From the NCBI GenBank assembly GCA_965207455.1, contig CBDBMJ010000001.1, positions 736,001 to 800,000 of the forward strand: a DNA stretch of 64,000 nt. The letters run 5' to 3'. The first letter of the stretch is position 1. Every line of letters starts with the position of its first letter. The DNA comes from Bdellovibrionota bacterium. Its GTDB lineage: Bacteria > Bdellovibrionota > UBA1018 > CAIPTA01 > JAALKR01. Made by a program: the position numbers and the translations under genes. The notes under the pieces were generated by a model. That model was given only the letters and a program-made list of their open reading frames with translations, searched no databases and was not told where the DNA came from. Of this stretch, positions 10,748-23,627 are shown piece after piece.

Positions 10748-11001
10748 TTTTGGAAATATTTTTTTTTGCTATGGATCTGCGAATATAAAATACGATTAAA
10801 CTTTCAACAACTGTCTACTTTTTAATCAATCCGAGAGATTTTATATATTTCTTTTCCTGCAAAAAACCCCCCCATTCCTTTGTAAGTGCTTAAAATTAAA
10901 GAGATTTATTTAATCTCCCTGTCTTATAAAATTGTGCCATCTTCCTTGCATTAACAAATTATATACGACAGTAAACTTAAGTTTAAAAAGGAGAAATAAT
11001 T

Positions 11002-11276
11002 ATGAAAAATAGAAAAAATAAAAATATAATAACAGTGGCAGCAATGGTTCTGGCCTTTTTGGCTTTGGAGGTTTTATGCTCTATGGGCTAGGCAGTTTGT
11101 ATAATAGCCAAGAGATATCTGGAAGTTCTCGATGTTCTAATGGAAGCTCTGCTGTTCTAACAGAACGTACTTCATTGGATCAAAAAATTACTACAGATAA
11201 TGCTACAATCGGAATGAATCGAAATTCTTTATCATCCTTTGGAACAGGTGGTAATTCTAGGATAATCGGTCGATAA
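11002..11276 (+). pseudogene. small membrane/exported protein split by a 1-bp frameshift
   Basis: RBS AAGGAG and ATG at 11002 (MKNRKNKNIITVAAMVLAF). One extra T in the T5 run at 11056-11060 would join it to ORF 11076..11276. Confidence 0.5.
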
Positions 11277-11299
11277 TCGGCAGATTTTGAGATAATTAT

Positions 11300-12781
11300 T
11301 TAATTTTTTCTCTGCTCTGAGAACTTTTCTTCACTATAGGTATACCTAAATTTCTTATTCTCTTGCATTGTATCTAACGATACAGCCCTTCCCCATAGTG
11401 CAGAGACGTTTGCCATAGTGGCCCTTACAGTTTTTAAATCAAGGTCTCTCCCATGATGCCTATGCTCCAATAACAAGCCTCCTTGGTTTAAATAATTCCC
11501 ATCTTTTACTTGAATCACGGGCTGGCTCCCATTGGTGATGTCGGTGAGAATCTCCTCTTTTACCTCTCGCCAATCTCTTGTTTTAATCTCATATTTGCCT
11601 GTTCTTGGGTTTAATCCATAGGTATAGTATCGCTCCTGTTCAGAGAACTCTTCTGTAAAGAAGGTATCGATAAATGTTATGTCGTTATGAATGGATCGAA
11701 CAGAAAAAATCTTTTCCTTTCCTTCGTTTGTGTCTCTATGCCAATTTTTTTTCTTTGTAAGATTATCACAATCTTCATATTCTTTTCCAAATTTTCCTGT
11801 ATTCCATCGATCCTCAATATAGCGAAATAACTCAATCCCTAATTTATAAGGGTTGATTTGATTGGGTTGCACTACCATTATTCCAGAATGTCGGTCTGCA
11901 AAATCTATTAATTCAGAAGAATCCAAAGCTTTTTCTGTCATTATCTTTGAATGCCAATAACTAGCCCAACCCTCGTTCATAATCTTTGTGACTCTTTGAG
12001 GAGCAAAATAATAGGATTCTTCCCTAATTATGGAAAGAATATCTGACTCCCATGAATTTAATTGACCATAATCAATGATGAATTTTAAAATATCCCTGTC
12101 CGGGCTTACTGGAAATTTTTTAGATTTTTGAAGCTGCCGTTTTATTTTCATCTCCTGCTCTTCAACATATTCCTTTGGATTGATGAAGCTATCTAAATAA
12201 AGTCTTGGTGAATTCAACCTTGACTTAGGTTCCACCTCAGAAGATTCATCTATTGTATTTTTATTATCAATAAATGGAGCATAAGGATCGATTAAATTTT
12301 CAATGGACAGACATTTATCAATAAAGCTCTCCACCTTATCTTGACCATATTTATCTACATATCGACGAATGCGTACCCCATGATTTGCCATTTGATCTAA
12401 CATTTTTCTATTCGTCTGCTTAAAACAATAATTATTTTTAAAAAAGTCAGAATGACCATATACATGCGCCATAATTAATTTCTGATCTAAATGGGAGTTG
12501 CTATTCATTAAATAGGCGTAACAAGGATCTGTATTGATCACCAGCTCATAAATTTTTTGCATACCCCATGTATAAGCAACCGATAATTGATCATAAATCA
12601 TTCCTGTTCGCCAATGGGGATAACGCTTGGGAAATCCACCTCCAGCAGCCACTGCATTTAATTCATCATAATCAAGAAATTCAAAAATAGTATCAAAAAA
12701 ATCTAATCCATAATCACGGGCATGATTCTCTATTTCTTTCTGTACTTTTGTTAAAGCTATGGGTAAACTAGAATCAATCAA
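11300..12781 (-). CDS. spoVR: SpoVR/YcgB family protein
   Basis: GFP.RYPHW, IYELVIN..PCYAYL, AHVYGH.DFFKNN, TKIMNEGWASYWH, NPYKLG. Confidence 0.95.
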   Translation of the reverse strand: MIDSSLPIALTKVQKEIENHARDYGLDFFDTIFEFLDYDELNAVAAGGGFPKRYPHWRTGMIYDQLSVAYTWGMQKIYELVINTDPCYAYLMNSNSHLDQKLIMAHVYGHSDFFKNNYCFKQTNRKMLDQMANHGVRIRRYVDKYGQDKVESFIDKCLSIENLIDPYAPFIDNKNTIDESSEVEPKSRLNSPRLYLDSFINPKEYVEEQEMKIKRQLQKSKKFPVSPDRDILKFIIDYGQLNSWESDILSIIREESYYFAPQRVTKIMNEGWASYWHSKIMTEKALDSSELIDFADRHSGIMVVQPNQINPYKLGIELFRYIEDRWNTGKFGKEYEDCDNLTKKKNWHRDTNEGKEKIFSVRSIHNDITFIDTFFTEEFSEQERYYTYGLNPRTGKYEIKTRDWREVKEEILTDITNGSQPVIQVKDGNYLNQGGLLLEHRHHGRDLDLKTVRATMANVSALWGRAVSLDTMQENKKFRYTYSEEKFSEQRKN

Positions 12782-12783
12782 AA

Positions 12784-13899
12784 TTACTTCCCTTTACCAA
12801 GAAAATCCTTAATAGAGTCCATGATGCCTTCTTTATTTTGAATCTTTGATGTGACAATTTTTTCTTCATTCCCTTTAAATTGCTTCTCTAAATCTTTTAA
12901 AAACTGCCCACTGCCATAACGACTTTCCACTTGACCATAACAAAGCATATTAATATTAGGTAAAAGATATTTTTCCATGATATCAAAGCAAATTTTGGTG
13001 TCCTCTCCACTCCAATTATCCCCATCACTAAAATGGAATACATATATATTCCATTGATCCACAGGATAATGTACTTCCAATATTTTTTGAGCTGCTCGAT
13101 ACGCACTAGAGATTAAAGTACCTCCACTTTCACGGGTGGAATAAAAAACTTTTTCATCTACTTCTTGGGCTGTCGTATCATGAATAATATAACGACTCTC
13201 TAAGCCCTTATATTGAGATCGAATCCATGTATCAATCCAAAAACTCTCTGTGCGAACAATTTCTTTTTGCTCGTCACCCATTGATCCCGAAACGTCCATT
13301 ATATATATAATAACTGCATTTGCCTCATGCTCCTCAGATTGCTTACGACTCCGGTATCGAAAGTCTCGCTTAATGGGTATAATAATCGGGTTTTCAGGAT
13401 CGTAGGTATCGGAAGCTATTTGACGCTTCAAAGCCTCTTTATAGCTTTGTTTAAAGTTAATTAAGGAGTTTGGACCCTGAACAGCTAACCCCTTATACTT
13501 ATCTTTTTTTCTTTTTAAGGTTTTTTGTCCCTTAGGCTCTATTCGAGGTAATTCCAACTCTTTTCCAAGAATATCTGCCAACTCTTTCAATTCAAATTCT
13601 ATCTCTAGAGAATGGTCTCCTGCCGTATTACCCGCTTTATCCAGTCCTCCCTCATCTCCATCTTTTGAACCTTGAGCAACTTGATCTCCAGCATTTCCTT
13701 CTCCCTGCCCCACGCCTTTCTTAGAATCACCAAATTGAAAGTGAGGAATCTCTATCTGAGGCATGGGTATAGCTACTTTATCTTTCCCCCTACGAACGAT
13801 CATATCCCCGTTAGTTATGTATTTCTTTAAATCCTGTTTTATTTTGCCCTTTATAATATTTTTAAAACGGGCGTGGTCTTGTCTAACATCAAAGAGCAT
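12784..13899 (-). CDS. yeaH: YeaH/YhbH (DUF444) vWA-like protein
   Basis: [31 protein letters not shown]; lies between prkA and spoVR. Confidence 0.92.
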   Translation of the reverse strand: MLFDVRQDHARFKNIIKGKIKQDLKKYITNGDMIVRRGKDKVAIPMPQIEIPHFQFGDSKKGVGQGEGNAGDQVAQGSKDGDEGGLDKAGNTAGDHSLEIEFELKELADILGKELELPRIEPKGQKTLKRKKDKYKGLAVQGPNSLINFKQSYKEALKRQIASDTYDPENPIIIPIKRDFRYRSRKQSEEHEANAVIIYIMDVSGSMGDEQKEIVRTESFWIDTWIRSQYKGLESRYIIHDTTAQEVDEKVFYSTRESGGTLISSAYRAAQKILEVHYPVDQWNIYVFHFSDGDNWSGEDTKICFDIMEKYLLPNINMLCYGQVESRYGSGQFLKDLEKQFKGNEEKIVTSKIQNKEGIMDSIKDFLGKGK

Positions 13900-14347
13900 C
13901 GGGTATTTCCTTTACTACTGCATCAATCATAGCAATCTGGCTAACTAAATTTTTATCAGCATATTGCCTTAAAGCATTGCAATTAGTTTCAGTATTCATA
14001 ACATGACCTTCAGTGGGCTCAATAATAAGCTTCATTTTATCCGATGAAACTGTATAAATGCCTCCTTTTATTTCAAAAGTAAATTCACAACCTTTACTTA
14101 ATTCTCCTTCCCTGCATTTATCATTCCCCTTAACTTCACTTAATTTGTAGATATTTTCATCTTTGCTTATAAAACGGATATGGGTGGGAACTTCAGATGA
14201 AAGACCTCCGAGAAACTCGATTCGACCTTTCTCCACTTGAAATGCTTTAAACAATAGCTGTGCCGGGCGTATCACTCCAAGACCTCGTTCTTGAGAATGA
14301 GCAGGGAAGGATAAAAGGCCTGCTAAAACCATGATTTTTGTTATCAT
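13889..14347 (-). CDS. hypothetical exported protein
   Basis: 152-aa ORF with signal-peptide-like N-terminus, tightly coupled to both neighbours. Confidence 0.65.
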   Translation of the reverse strand: MITKIMVLAGLLSFPAHSQERGLGVIRPAQLLFKAFQVEKGRIEFLGGLSSEVPTHIRFISKDENIYKLSEVKGNDKCREGELSKGCEFTFEIKGGIYTVSSDKMKLIIEPTEGHVMNTETNCNALRQYADKNLVSQIAMIDAVVKEIPDAL

Positions 14348-14350
14348 AAC

Positions 14351-16444
14351 TTAATCTTCTTTCTCTTTAGTGTCTCCTCTAGCAAAAATAGAAGCCACAT
14401 AATTAAGCACATCAGTAGCAGATATCTCATCATAACCAAAATCGTTAATTAAACGGTTTTTCACCACATCAATTTTTTCTTGTGCCGATTTATCCACCAC
14501 GTTTGAAATTAAAGTAGAGAGCTTAATAGAATCTTTTTGGTCTTCAAATAATTTAGATTCCAATGCTTTATGTAATCGCTCGTTCGTCTTGTAGTTAAAC
14601 TTTTTGCCCTCTACAGCCAATGCTCCAATATAGTTCATAATTTCTCTACGGAAGTCATCTTTCCGAGATTCCAATATGTCGATCTTTTCCTCAACAGAAC
14701 GCATGAGCCTCTCATCAGGCTCCTCCACTTGTCCTGTATAGCTATTACGAATTTTTTCTTTTTGAGTATAGGCTTTTACACTATCAATATAATTTCCGCA
14801 TAGGCTGGCAATAGCATTTTCATCTGATGAAATAGCTCGCTGAACTTCATTTTTAACAATATCTTCATACTCTTGCTTTACCAAAACTAATAATTCTCGA
14901 TACTCTCTACAAGACTCTTCATCAGAGGCTAATGTATTTCTCAAAAGACCGCTCTCCAACTCATTAAATACCATAAATGGATTAATACAACCAAGATGCC
15001 CATACTTTACCAAAGCATTAGATATTTTATCTTGAATATACCTAGGTGAAATACCATCTAAGCCCTCTCTAACGGCTTCCTTGCGTAACTCTTTTACATT
15101 TTCTTCCGTATAACCACTAAGGGTTTTTCCATCATATAACTTTAACTTTTGCATGAGAGTGAGATCGTTCTTTTTGGGTCGCTCCAGTCGGGTGAGAATG
15201 GCCCAAATGGCAGCCATTTCTATGGTATGGGGAGCAATACTAATATTATCTACTTTTCCCTTACCAAAATCTTTTTCATATATTTTTATCTCTTCATGAA
15301 GCTTTGTAATATATGGAATATCTATCTTTATGGTTCGATCCCTAAGGGCTTCCATGAATTCATTATTTTGGAGTTTTCGAAACTCTGGCTCATTGGTGTG
15401 ACCAATAATAACTTCGTCAATATAGGTTTGAGCGAATTTTTTAGGTTTTACCATATGCTCCTGAGACGCCCCTAAAAGGTCGTAAAGGAAAGCTACATCT
15501 AACTTCAAAACTTCTATAAATTCCACCAATCCACGATTAGCAACTTGGAATTCACCGTCGAAATTAAACGCTCTTGGGTCCGAATCAGAACCATACTCAG
15601 CAATCTTCCGATAATTAATATCTCCTGTAAGCTCCGTAGAATCTTGGTTTTTCTCATCTTTAGGTTGAAATGTGCCAATCCCCCGTCGATCTCTTTCTGA
15701 AAGCACAAAACGGAATACTCGAATATGCTCTGCTACTTTTCCCCAATCACCATTATAACGATCCATTAATTTAGTGTAAATATAACGACAAGGAGGGGAC
15801 AATTGACCATTAACTTTTATTTTATAAGAGTTTTTATTATTTCTATTTAATTTTTCCTCCACCTGAGGACGAAACTCTGTGGGAATAAGTAGAAGAGGCT
15901 CTTCATTCATAGGGGAATTCATTGTCTTAGAAGAAACCCCAAGGAGTTCCTCGCTTCCCTCACTCTCATCTTCCCAGCGGAAAGTATAAATACTGCCTTC
16001 GTCTGTATGGGAATAGCGCTCTAATCCTTGTTTTAAAAGACGGGTAATCGTGGATTTTGCGGATCCTACAGGACCATGGAGCAGGAGCACTCGTTTTTCT
16101 GTGCCATAACCAAGGGCTGCACTCTGTATAAAATTCACCAATTTCATTAAGGAAATATCTAAGCCATAGATAGCGTCTTTTCCATCATTAACAGGGTCGT
16201 CAAAGAATTTATAATGGGTTACTTTCTTTTTGTAATCCGTATGGGTACTAGTTCCATAACTTAAAATCATATCGTACATGCGCTGAAATGCATTTCTGGC
16301 TGGATTTGGCGATTTTTCCAACATTGCCACATATTCGGATAAGCTTCCTTCCCAATGCAAATTCTGGTAGTCTTTGGGCTTCTGTAGCTTTTTAATCGTA
16401 TCAATAATTTCTGATCTTGATTCCTGCATAAATTCCTCCTTCAT
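14351..16444 (-). CDS. prkA: PrkA/YeaG family AAA+ serine protein kinase
   Basis: [43 protein letters not shown]. Confidence 0.95.
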   Translation of the reverse strand: MKEEFMQESRSEIIDTIKKLQKPKDYQNLHWEGSLSEYVAMLEKSPNPARNAFQRMYDMILSYGTSTHTDYKKKVTHYKFFDDPVNDGKDAIYGLDISLMKLVNFIQSAALGYGTEKRVLLLHGPVGSAKSTITRLLKQGLERYSHTDEGSIYTFRWEDESEGSEELLGVSSKTMNSPMNEEPLLLIPTEFRPQVEEKLNRNNKNSYKIKVNGQLSPPCRYIYTKLMDRYNGDWGKVAEHIRVFRFVLSERDRRGIGTFQPKDEKNQDSTELTGDINYRKIAEYGSDSDPRAFNFDGEFQVANRGLVEFIEVLKLDVAFLYDLLGASQEHMVKPKKFAQTYIDEVIIGHTNEPEFRKLQNNEFMEALRDRTIKIDIPYITKLHEEIKIYEKDFGKGKVDNISIAPHTIEMAAIWAILTRLERPKKNDLTLMQKLKLYDGKTLSGYTEENVKELRKEAVREGLDGISPRYIQDKISNALVKYGHLGCINPFMVFNELESGLLRNTLASDEESCREYRELLVLVKQEYEDIVKNEVQRAISSDENAIASLCGNYIDSVKAYTQKEKIRNSYTGQVEEPDERLMRSVEEKIDILESRKDDFRREIMNYIGALAVEGKKFNYKTNERLHKALESKLFEDQKDSIKLSTLISNVVDKSAQEKIDVVKNRLINDFGYDEISATDVLNYVASIFARGDTKEKED

Positions 16445-16577
16445 TTAAATATAGTATAGCACCCGTCCTTATTTTAGGATCAAAAAATCAGCCCAATAAC
16501 ACGGTTTCCGCACTTAAATATCTTTTAGTCTACTATACAAGAATACTTGAACTTGTTAAAATTAAAACAAGAAAACA

Positions 16578-17333
16578 ATGAAATTTATTTCCTCCAGTAA
16601 AACAGATATTGGCCGCAAGCGAAAAACAAATCAAGATAGCTTTGGTACGGACCCTAGTAACCAATTACATGTACTGGCTGATGGAATGGGAGGACACGCT
16701 GGAGGAGAATATGCCAGCAAAGTTTGTGTGGAACAAATCATTCAGTCCATTCAAGAGAAGAATCCAAAATCAACGGATCCCAAAGAATGGATTTCAAAAG
16801 CCATCGTCCATGCCGGCAATGTAATATTTAAAAAAGGACAAGAAGAAAAAACCCTGCAAGGAATGGGCACCACAGTGGACACCTTACTCTTCCAGAAGGA
16901 TATGCTCTATATTGGTCATGTGGGTGATAGCCGTGTATACCTGATACGGAACGGGCTAATTTGGCAGTTGACCCATGATCATAGCTTAGTAAATGAGAAA
17001 TTCCGATCTGGGCTCATCAGTAGAGAGCAAATGGAAACAGACCCAAATAAAAATGTGATTACCCGATCCGTTGGCTTTGAATCCATAGTTGAGGTTGACG
17101 TGTATACAAAAAAAGTCGCCCCCGGGGATCTCTATCTTGCCTGCTCAGATGGCTTAAACTCCATGCTCAAGGATAAAGAAATCCTAGCCCTTGTGGAAAA
17201 AACAGAGGAAACAGCAACTCCCAGTGAGGAAAATCTTAGTAATATGATTGACAGGCTTATCGAATCAGCAAATAATCGGGGAGGATTGGACAATACTACA
17301 GTAGTTTTAGTAAAAGCAGAGAATTATGCATAG
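16578..17333 (+). CDS. PP2C/Stp1 family Ser/Thr phosphatase
   Basis: TDIGR.R..NQD, ADGMGGH, MGTT, HVGDSR, CSDGL, GG.DN.T. Confidence 0.95.
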   Translation: MKFISSSKTDIGRKRKTNQDSFGTDPSNQLHVLADGMGGHAGGEYASKVCVEQIIQSIQEKNPKSTDPKEWISKAIVHAGNVIFKKGQEEKTLQGMGTTVDTLLFQKDMLYIGHVGDSRVYLIRNGLIWQLTHDHSLVNEKFRSGLISREQMETDPNKNVITRSVGFESIVEVDVYTKKVAPGDLYLACSDGLNSMLKDKEILALVEKTEETATPSEENLSNMIDRLIESANNRGGLDNTTVVLVKAENYA

Positions 17334-17414
17334 CATTAATTTGATTTCTGTTCGTGACTATTGCAAAAAATTCCTTTATCTTATAATAGTATTAAAGCTC
17401 CTAGGAGGTTCCTT

Positions 17415-18581
17415 TTGAACAAGTTTTTTACCATTTTACTTATCCCTGAAAAGACAAAAAAAGTAAAAAAATTCATTCTCCCCTTGGCCCATATACGTGT
17501 AGGAGCGGCCCTTAGCCTGCTTGCCGTCTTCTTCATTGCATTTATGTTCTATGACTATGTAAGTGTTATGCAACAACTCGTGGAAAATCGAAATTTAGTA
17601 ACAGAAAACAAGCAACTTAGGAAAAAAATTCAATCCTTTCAAAATAAGCTCACTAACCTGGAATCCTCTTTAGAGCGAATCCAAATTTTTGCCACGAAAC
17701 TTCGCATTATTACAAATCAAGGAGACAAAAATGTAGAGGAATTGAAGAAAAAGACCTATAAAGACATCCCTGGTACTCCCATGGACGATCTCTCCGTTCC
17801 GCCCGGTCTTGGGGCATGGAATGATCCTGGAGATATAGATCCTCCCCAAACTTATAAACTCAAAGGTCAGGACTTTTTAAAAACCAATTCCTCTGCTCTG
17901 ACCCCCATAAACAGAACATCTGACGGTAAAATTTCCAACCTCCTACTCCCTCCCCCTTCTCAAGAAGAATTGAAAAAAAAAAGGCAAGCAACAAAAAACA
18001 ATAAAAGCATACAAAAGATAAGCGACCTCCTTCACCAAGACCAGGATTTTGCCAGTGACCAACGACTAGAAAAAGAGTTTTATACTCTCGACAAAAATTT
18101 TGGATCTCTCGAAGAGTTAAGCAAAAATGTGGAAGTTACAGTGCAACTCTTGGGTAGCACTCTTATTGATCAGAAAGACTATCTAATGAGAACCCCCACC
18201 TTGATGCCCACAAAAGGCTGGTATACTAGTGGTTTTGGAATGAGGAAATCACCATTTACTAACCAACCCAATATGCATGAAGGCTTAGACATTGCCAATC
18301 ACTATGGTAGACCTATTATAGCGCCGGCATACGGTATCGTTTCTTTTGCTGGCGTACGTCCTGGTTATGGACGGATAGTGACCATTGACCATGGATATAG
18401 AATACAAACCCAATATGGACATGTCTCCAATTATTATGTGAAAGAAGGAGATCGGGTACGGCGAGGACAAAAAATTGCATCCGTCGGCAGCACAGGACGT
18501 TCTACGGGCCCGCATTTACATTATGAGGTGCGTGTAAATGGTATACCCGTAGACCCTATTTACTATATACTTAATAATTGA
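17415..18581 (+). CDS. M23 family metallopeptidase with TM anchor and coiled coil
   Basis: HEGLD, YGH, STGPHLHYEV; AGGAGG precedes TTG at 17415. Confidence 0.92.
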   Translation: MNKFFTILLIPEKTKKVKKFILPLAHIRVGAALSLLAVFFIAFMFYDYVSVMQQLVENRNLVTENKQLRKKIQSFQNKLTNLESSLERIQIFATKLRIITNQGDKNVEELKKKTYKDIPGTPMDDLSVPPGLGAWNDPGDIDPPQTYKLKGQDFLKTNSSALTPINRTSDGKISNLLLPPPSQEELKKKRQATKNNKSIQKISDLLHQDQDFASDQRLEKEFYTLDKNFGSLEELSKNVEVTVQLLGSTLIDQKDYLMRTPTLMPTKGWYTSGFGMRKSPFTNQPNMHEGLDIANHYGRPIIAPAYGIVSFAGVRPGYGRIVTIDHGYRIQTQYGHVSNYYVKEGDRVRRGQKIASVGSTGRSTGPHLHYEVRVNGIPVDPIYYILNN

Positions 18582-18593
18582 AGACTTTGACTA

Positions 18594-21224
18594 ATGCTAA
18601 TTAATATTGCTCGAAAAATTTTTGGTACTCAAAATGATAGAGACTTAAAAAGTCTAGTGCCTACTATAGAAAAAATAAATTCCCTAGAGCCTCAAATGCA
18701 AGCTCTTACGAATGATGAGCTCAAGGAAAAAACAAACCATTTTAAAGACAGATTTTCCAAGGGAGAAACTCTTGAACAACTACTTCCAGAGGCTTTTGCA
18801 GTGGTACGAGAAGCCTCCATACGTGTTCAGCAAATGCGTCACTATGATGTGCAGTTAGTGGGTGGCATTGCTCTTCACGAAGGAAAAATCGCAGAAATGA
18901 AAACAGGTGAGGGAAAAACCCTAGTGGCTACTCTTCCCATCTATCTCAATGCTTTAGCTGGAGAAGGTGTACATGTGGTTACGGTGAATGACTATCTGGC
19001 GGAAAGAGACTCAAAGTGGATGGGAAAAGTTTATACTTTTTTAGGAATGAGTACAGGAGTTATTCTCCACGGCTTAACAGATGAGGAACGTAAAAATAAT
19101 TACAACGCAGATATTACTTATGGAACAAATAATGAATTTGGTTTTGACTATCTAAGAGACAATATGAAATTCAATATAGAGGATTATACCCAAAGACCTT
19201 TCTATTACTGCATTGTGGACGAGGTAGACTCTATTCTCATTGACGAGGCTAGAACTCCTTTAATTATTTCTGGTCCAACCGATGACTCTACAGATAAATA
19301 CCAAACGATTAATAAAATTGCACCTAAACTACAAAAAGATATCCATTATACAATTGATGAGAAAGCAAAATCTTGTGCTTTAAATGAAGATGGGATCGCC
19401 CATGTGGAGAAAATTTTAAATATTGAAAACCTCTATGACCCTTCCAATATAGATACTTTGCATCATATTCAACAAGCCATTCGAGCCCACTCCATGTATA
19501 GAAGTAATGTGGACTATGTGGTCAAGGACAATCAAGTTCTTATTGTAGATGAATTTACAGGACGAGTAATGCCAGGACGTCGATGGGGCGATGGTCTTCA
19601 CCAAGCCATTGAAGCCAAAGAAGGGGTAACCGTTGAAAAAGAAAACCAAACTCTAGCTTCTGTGACATTTCAGAATTTCTTTCGTATGTATGAAAAACTT
19701 TCAGGCATGACAGGAACAGCAGACACAGAGGCCGCAGAATTTAAAAGTATCTATAAGTTAGATGTACTTGTCATTCCCACTAATCGTCCCCTAGATCGTA
19801 AAGATCAAAATGACTTAATTTATAAAGATATAAATGCAAAATTTGAAGCTATTGCAAAAGAGATTCAAGAGCTACATAGTAAAAAACAACCCATGCTTGT
19901 GGGAACAATCTCTATTGAGAACAGTGAACGGTTGTCAAGAGCCTTAAAGAAACGAAATATTCCTCATAACGTTCTAAATGCAAAATACCATTTAGAGGAA
20001 GCCAGTATCATAGCCCAAGCTGGAAGATCGGGTTCTGTAACCATAGCCACTAATATGGCAGGACGGGGAACGGATATCGTTCTAGGGGGTAACCCTGAGG
20101 CTTTAGCCAAGCTCGAAACTCAAGAGGGAACTCCTGAATTTAATGAAAAAGTGGAAGAGTTTAAAGAAATTTGCAGAAAAGACCGAGACGTAGTGGTTGA
20201 GGCTGGAGGTCTGATGATTTTAGGAACGGAGCGCCATGAGAGTCGTCGTATTGATAACCAATTACGGGGACGATCAGGTCGTCAGGGAGACCCCGGAGAA
20301 TCTCGATTTTTCCTTTCTTTGGAAGACGACCTATTCCGAGTATTTGGTGGAGAACGCATAAAAACTTTTATGGGAGGCAGCTTAGACGATGAAGCCATTG
20401 AGCACCCATGGTTATCCAAAGCTATTGCCAATGCCCAAAAGAAAGTAGAGGGTCATAACTTTGATATTCGTAAGCATTTACTGCAATACGATGACGTTAT
20501 GAATCTCCAACGAACCTCAATCTATAATCTTAGAAGAGATATATTAGAGGAAGAAACCCTAGAAAAAACACTGCATACCTTTATTGAATCTCTAGCTAAA
20601 GTATTCACAAATGCATTTGCCATGGCAAGAAAGCCCCTGAGGGACTGGAATATTGAGGGGCTAAACCAAGCACTCCATTCCGCTTTCTACCGGCCTATAC
20701 CCATTGAAATCAGTGATATTGATGATGCTTCAAATAATGCATTATATACTACCATCTCGGATAAATTAAAAAAAATCTACCAAGAAAAACGCTTAGAATT
20801 AGGGGAGCATACTCAGGAAGTAGAACGAATGTTTAGTCTTTCGACCATCGATCAACTGTGGAAGGAACATTTAGCGCAAATTGACCATTTAAGAGAGGGT
20901 ATCGGACTGAGAGGATATGCCCAAAAGGATCCTCTTTTGGAATACAAAAAAGAATCTTTCCACATGTTCCAAAATATGTTGCGTCAGATCAAGCAAGATA
21001 TTATAACAAAAATATTCAATGTACAACTTAGAGAAGAGGAAGTAGAGTCAGAGATTACACGCTATGAAAAAGAAAAACAAAAAAATATAGATATGGCCAT
21101 GAGACTTGGAAATCCCGGCTCATCATCGCCTCAACCCACTGTTCACGCAACAGAAAAAGTGAAGAGAAATGATCCATGCCCTTGTGGAAGTGGAAAGAAA
21201 TATAAAAAATGCCATGGTAGATAA
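18594..21224 (+). CDS. secA: preprotein translocase subunit SecA
   Basis: [42 protein letters not shown] motif [13 protein letters not shown]. Confidence 0.98.
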   Translation: MLINIARKIFGTQNDRDLKSLVPTIEKINSLEPQMQALTNDELKEKTNHFKDRFSKGETLEQLLPEAFAVVREASIRVQQMRHYDVQLVGGIALHEGKIAEMKTGEGKTLVATLPIYLNALAGEGVHVVTVNDYLAERDSKWMGKVYTFLGMSTGVILHGLTDEERKNNYNADITYGTNNEFGFDYLRDNMKFNIEDYTQRPFYYCIVDEVDSILIDEARTPLIISGPTDDSTDKYQTINKIAPKLQKDIHYTIDEKAKSCALNEDGIAHVEKILNIENLYDPSNIDTLHHIQQAIRAHSMYRSNVDYVVKDNQVLIVDEFTGRVMPGRRWGDGLHQAIEAKEGVTVEKENQTLASVTFQNFFRMYEKLSGMTGTADTEAAEFKSIYKLDVLVIPTNRPLDRKDQNDLIYKDINAKFEAIAKEIQELHSKKQPMLVGTISIENSERLSRALKKRNIPHNVLNAKYHLEEASIIAQAGRSGSVTIATNMAGRGTDIVLGGNPEALAKLETQEGTPEFNEKVEEFKEICRKDRDVVVEAGGLMILGTERHESRRIDNQLRGRSGRQGDPGESRFFLSLEDDLFRVFGGERIKTFMGGSLDDEAIEHPWLSKAIANAQKKVEGHNFDIRKHLLQYDDVMNLQRTSIYNLRRDILEEETLEKTLHTFIESLAKVFTNAFAMARKPLRDWNIEGLNQALHSAFYRPIPIEISDIDDASNNALYTTISDKLKKIYQEKRLELGEHTQEVERMFSLSTIDQLWKEHLAQIDHLREGIGLRGYAQKDPLLEYKKESFHMFQNMLRQIKQDIITKIFNVQLREEEVESEITRYEKEKQKNIDMAMRLGNPGSSSPQPTVHATEKVKRNDPCPCGSGKKYKKCHGR

Positions 21225-23622
21225 TAAAAGAAGAAAAATAGAATCTATCTTAGAGAATGCTCTAGAGCAAATGTCAGCTGGCCATAGCGCTTCCTATGTG
21301 TACCACTATACTCCCCATGTGCCCAATGATTGGAGCATGGAGTATTTTCAAAACACATTAGAACGCCTTAGTATGAAAAAAGAGCTGAAAGAAAAAAAAG
21401 AAGCAATCATCAAAGAGCTCAAAGAAAAAGATATTTTAACTGCTGAGTTAGAATTGCAAATCAAAAATGCATTCAATTTTATAGATCTAGAGGATATATA
21501 TTTACCTCATAAACATGGGAAGCAAACAGCAGCAACCCAAGCAAAGAAAAATGGACTAGAAGAATTTGCCAATTGGATATGGGAAGTGGGTCACCAAACA
21601 GAACCTTCTCCCGACACTCCAAGTTTAGAAGAAAAAGCCAAAGAGTTTATAAAGGAAGATGACCCAAGTAAAGATGAAAAATTTGTAATAAACGGCGCTC
21701 AAAGTATTATTGTTGAACGAATTGCAGAAACTACAAAATTAAGAGCTGCTGTTCGAGAAAATGTGATGCAAAAAAGTATTTTAACCACCACTAAAGGCAC
21801 AAGAACAAAAATAAAATCTAAATATACTCGATTCTATAATTATAAAGAATCCATGGCTTCTATTAAATCCACTGGAGGCAGTCAACGATACTTAACGATA
21901 CTAAAAGGCGTAGATTCTAATGAGTTAATGGTACGCGTAGAAAGTACAAATAAAAAAAATCACCTAAAACTTTTTGAAGACTTTGCTTGTAGCAAATCAG
22001 GATCACCTGTAGATGAATTTTTACTCAATGCTGCTCGACTCTCTTTAAATGGAAATGTTTATACCGCTATAGAACATGAAGCTTCCAAATACCTGAAAGA
22101 TAAAGCAGAAAGAAAAATCAAACAAACTTTACTATCAGGTCTTACATACAGATTATCACAACCCCAATTAGGAAAATATTGTGTACTAGGAATTGAGCTA
22201 AATAATAAAAACTTCTTATCCATTGCTCTCATTAGCGAGAAAGGAGAACTGCTTGCCCACAATACTTTCCCCAATAAAACAGATGAAGACTGGGAAAAAA
22301 TTCAAAAAGAATTGGGAGAAAATTTAGACAAAATAAAAATAGCTGCCATTGCTGTAAATCATGAGTCAAAAGAAAAAATAGGTATCAGACGTATAAAGAG
22401 AGTGTTAGCAGAGAAAAAAATGAGCATTCCTCTTATTACAATTTATGATCAAGCTATTACAACCTATTCCACCAGTAGTACTGCGAGGAAAGAACACCCG
22501 GATAAGGATCCTGATGTTCGTCAAGCCATATTTCTCGCAAAATATCTCCAGAGTCCACTGGAGTCTTTGCTAAAACTAGATACTAAATTTCTCCTGACCT
22601 CATCCTTTTCGCTAAAAATGAATCAAGAAAAATTAACCAAATCCATTCATCAAACCATACAAAATGCTGTGTGCGAAGCGGGAGCAAACATAAATGAAGC
22701 TTCCAGCGCATTACTCTCTTACCTTCCTGGATTGAATAGGAAGTTAAGTGATGAAATAGTTGAGCATAGAGAAAAAAATGGAAACTTTTCCACCATAGAA
22801 GAGCTGAAAAATATTTCCTTTATAACCGACTCTCTGTACCAAGACATTGCTGGATTTATAACCTCAGACGCACCAAACCCACTGGAGCAAACAAGAATTC
22901 ATCCGGATCATTTCTCATTAATAGAAGATAATAAAATACCAGAAACACCAGAGATTAAAGAAAAACTAGGAGAAAGATACCTATCTTTAATAAAAAGAGA
23001 ACTGGAAAGAATCTCAAATTCAGAGAATACATATAAATTTCCTGAACAAAAAAATGAATTCATATCACTAGATGATATCGATATGAAAGAAGAATATATT
23101 GGCACTGTCACAAATATTACAAATTTTGGTATTTTTGTAGATTTAGGACAAGAATTGGATGGATTGATACATATTTCAGAAATACTCTATACCTCCAGTG
23201 CTTATGAAATAGCAACTGTGGGAAAAAAAATAAAGGTTTGGATAAATAATATAGATAAGGAAAAGCAGCAAATATCCCTTACACTCAAAACCCCAGAAGA
23301 AAGAGAAAGACTTGCAAGTATTCGTAAGAAAAAACGCGCCTATGCCCCAAGAAATCCTCAACCAGACAACAGAAAGAAAGAATTCTTTAAACCAAAGGAT
23401 ACTAAGCCAAAAGAAACAGAAAAGCCAAAGATGGAACCAAGGAAGAAACGTCCTCCAAAACGAGATACAAAAACAGGGGCTATTTTGAAAGAAGACACTA
23501 ATATTTATACCAGTCAACGAAGAGGCGATCAGCAGAAAAAGTTTGCCACAAAAGCTAAAGCAGCCACCTTTAATCCTTTTGCCGATCTTAATGCTCTACT
23601 GAAAAATAAAAAAGAGGAATAA
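21214..23622 (+). CDS. tex: divergent Tex-family (YqgF + HhH + S1) RNA-binding protein
   Basis: LEDIYLP.K, A...GLE, NIN.AS..LL..PGL....IV.HR..NG.F, TRIHP, S1 domain [24 protein letters not shown]. Confidence 0.8.
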   Translation: MVDNKRRKIESILENALEQMSAGHSASYVYHYTPHVPNDWSMEYFQNTLERLSMKKELKEKKEAIIKELKEKDILTAELELQIKNAFNFIDLEDIYLPHKHGKQTAATQAKKNGLEEFANWIWEVGHQTEPSPDTPSLEEKAKEFIKEDDPSKDEKFVINGAQSIIVERIAETTKLRAAVRENVMQKSILTTTKGTRTKIKSKYTRFYNYKESMASIKSTGGSQRYLTILKGVDSNELMVRVESTNKKNHLKLFEDFACSKSGSPVDEFLLNAARLSLNGNVYTAIEHEASKYLKDKAERKIKQTLLSGLTYRLSQPQLGKYCVLGIELNNKNFLSIALISEKGELLAHNTFPNKTDEDWEKIQKELGENLDKIKIAAIAVNHESKEKIGIRRIKRVLAEKKMSIPLITIYDQAITTYSTSSTARKEHPDKDPDVRQAIFLAKYLQSPLESLLKLDTKFLLTSSFSLKMNQEKLTKSIHQTIQNAVCEAGANINEASSALLSYLPGLNRKLSDEIVEHREKNGNFSTIEELKNISFITDSLYQDIAGFITSDAPNPLEQTRIHPDHFSLIEDNKIPETPEIKEKLGERYLSLIKRELERISNSENTYKFPEQKNEFISLDDIDMKEEYIGTVTNITNFGIFVDLGQELDGLIHISEILYTSSAYEIATVGKKIKVWINNIDKEKQQISLTLKTPEERERLASIRKKKRAYAPRNPQPDNRKKEFFKPKDTKPKETEKPKMEPRKKRPPKRDTKTGAILKEDTNIYTSQRRGDQQKKFATKAKAATFNPFADLNALLKNKKEE

Positions 23623-23627
23623 AAAAC

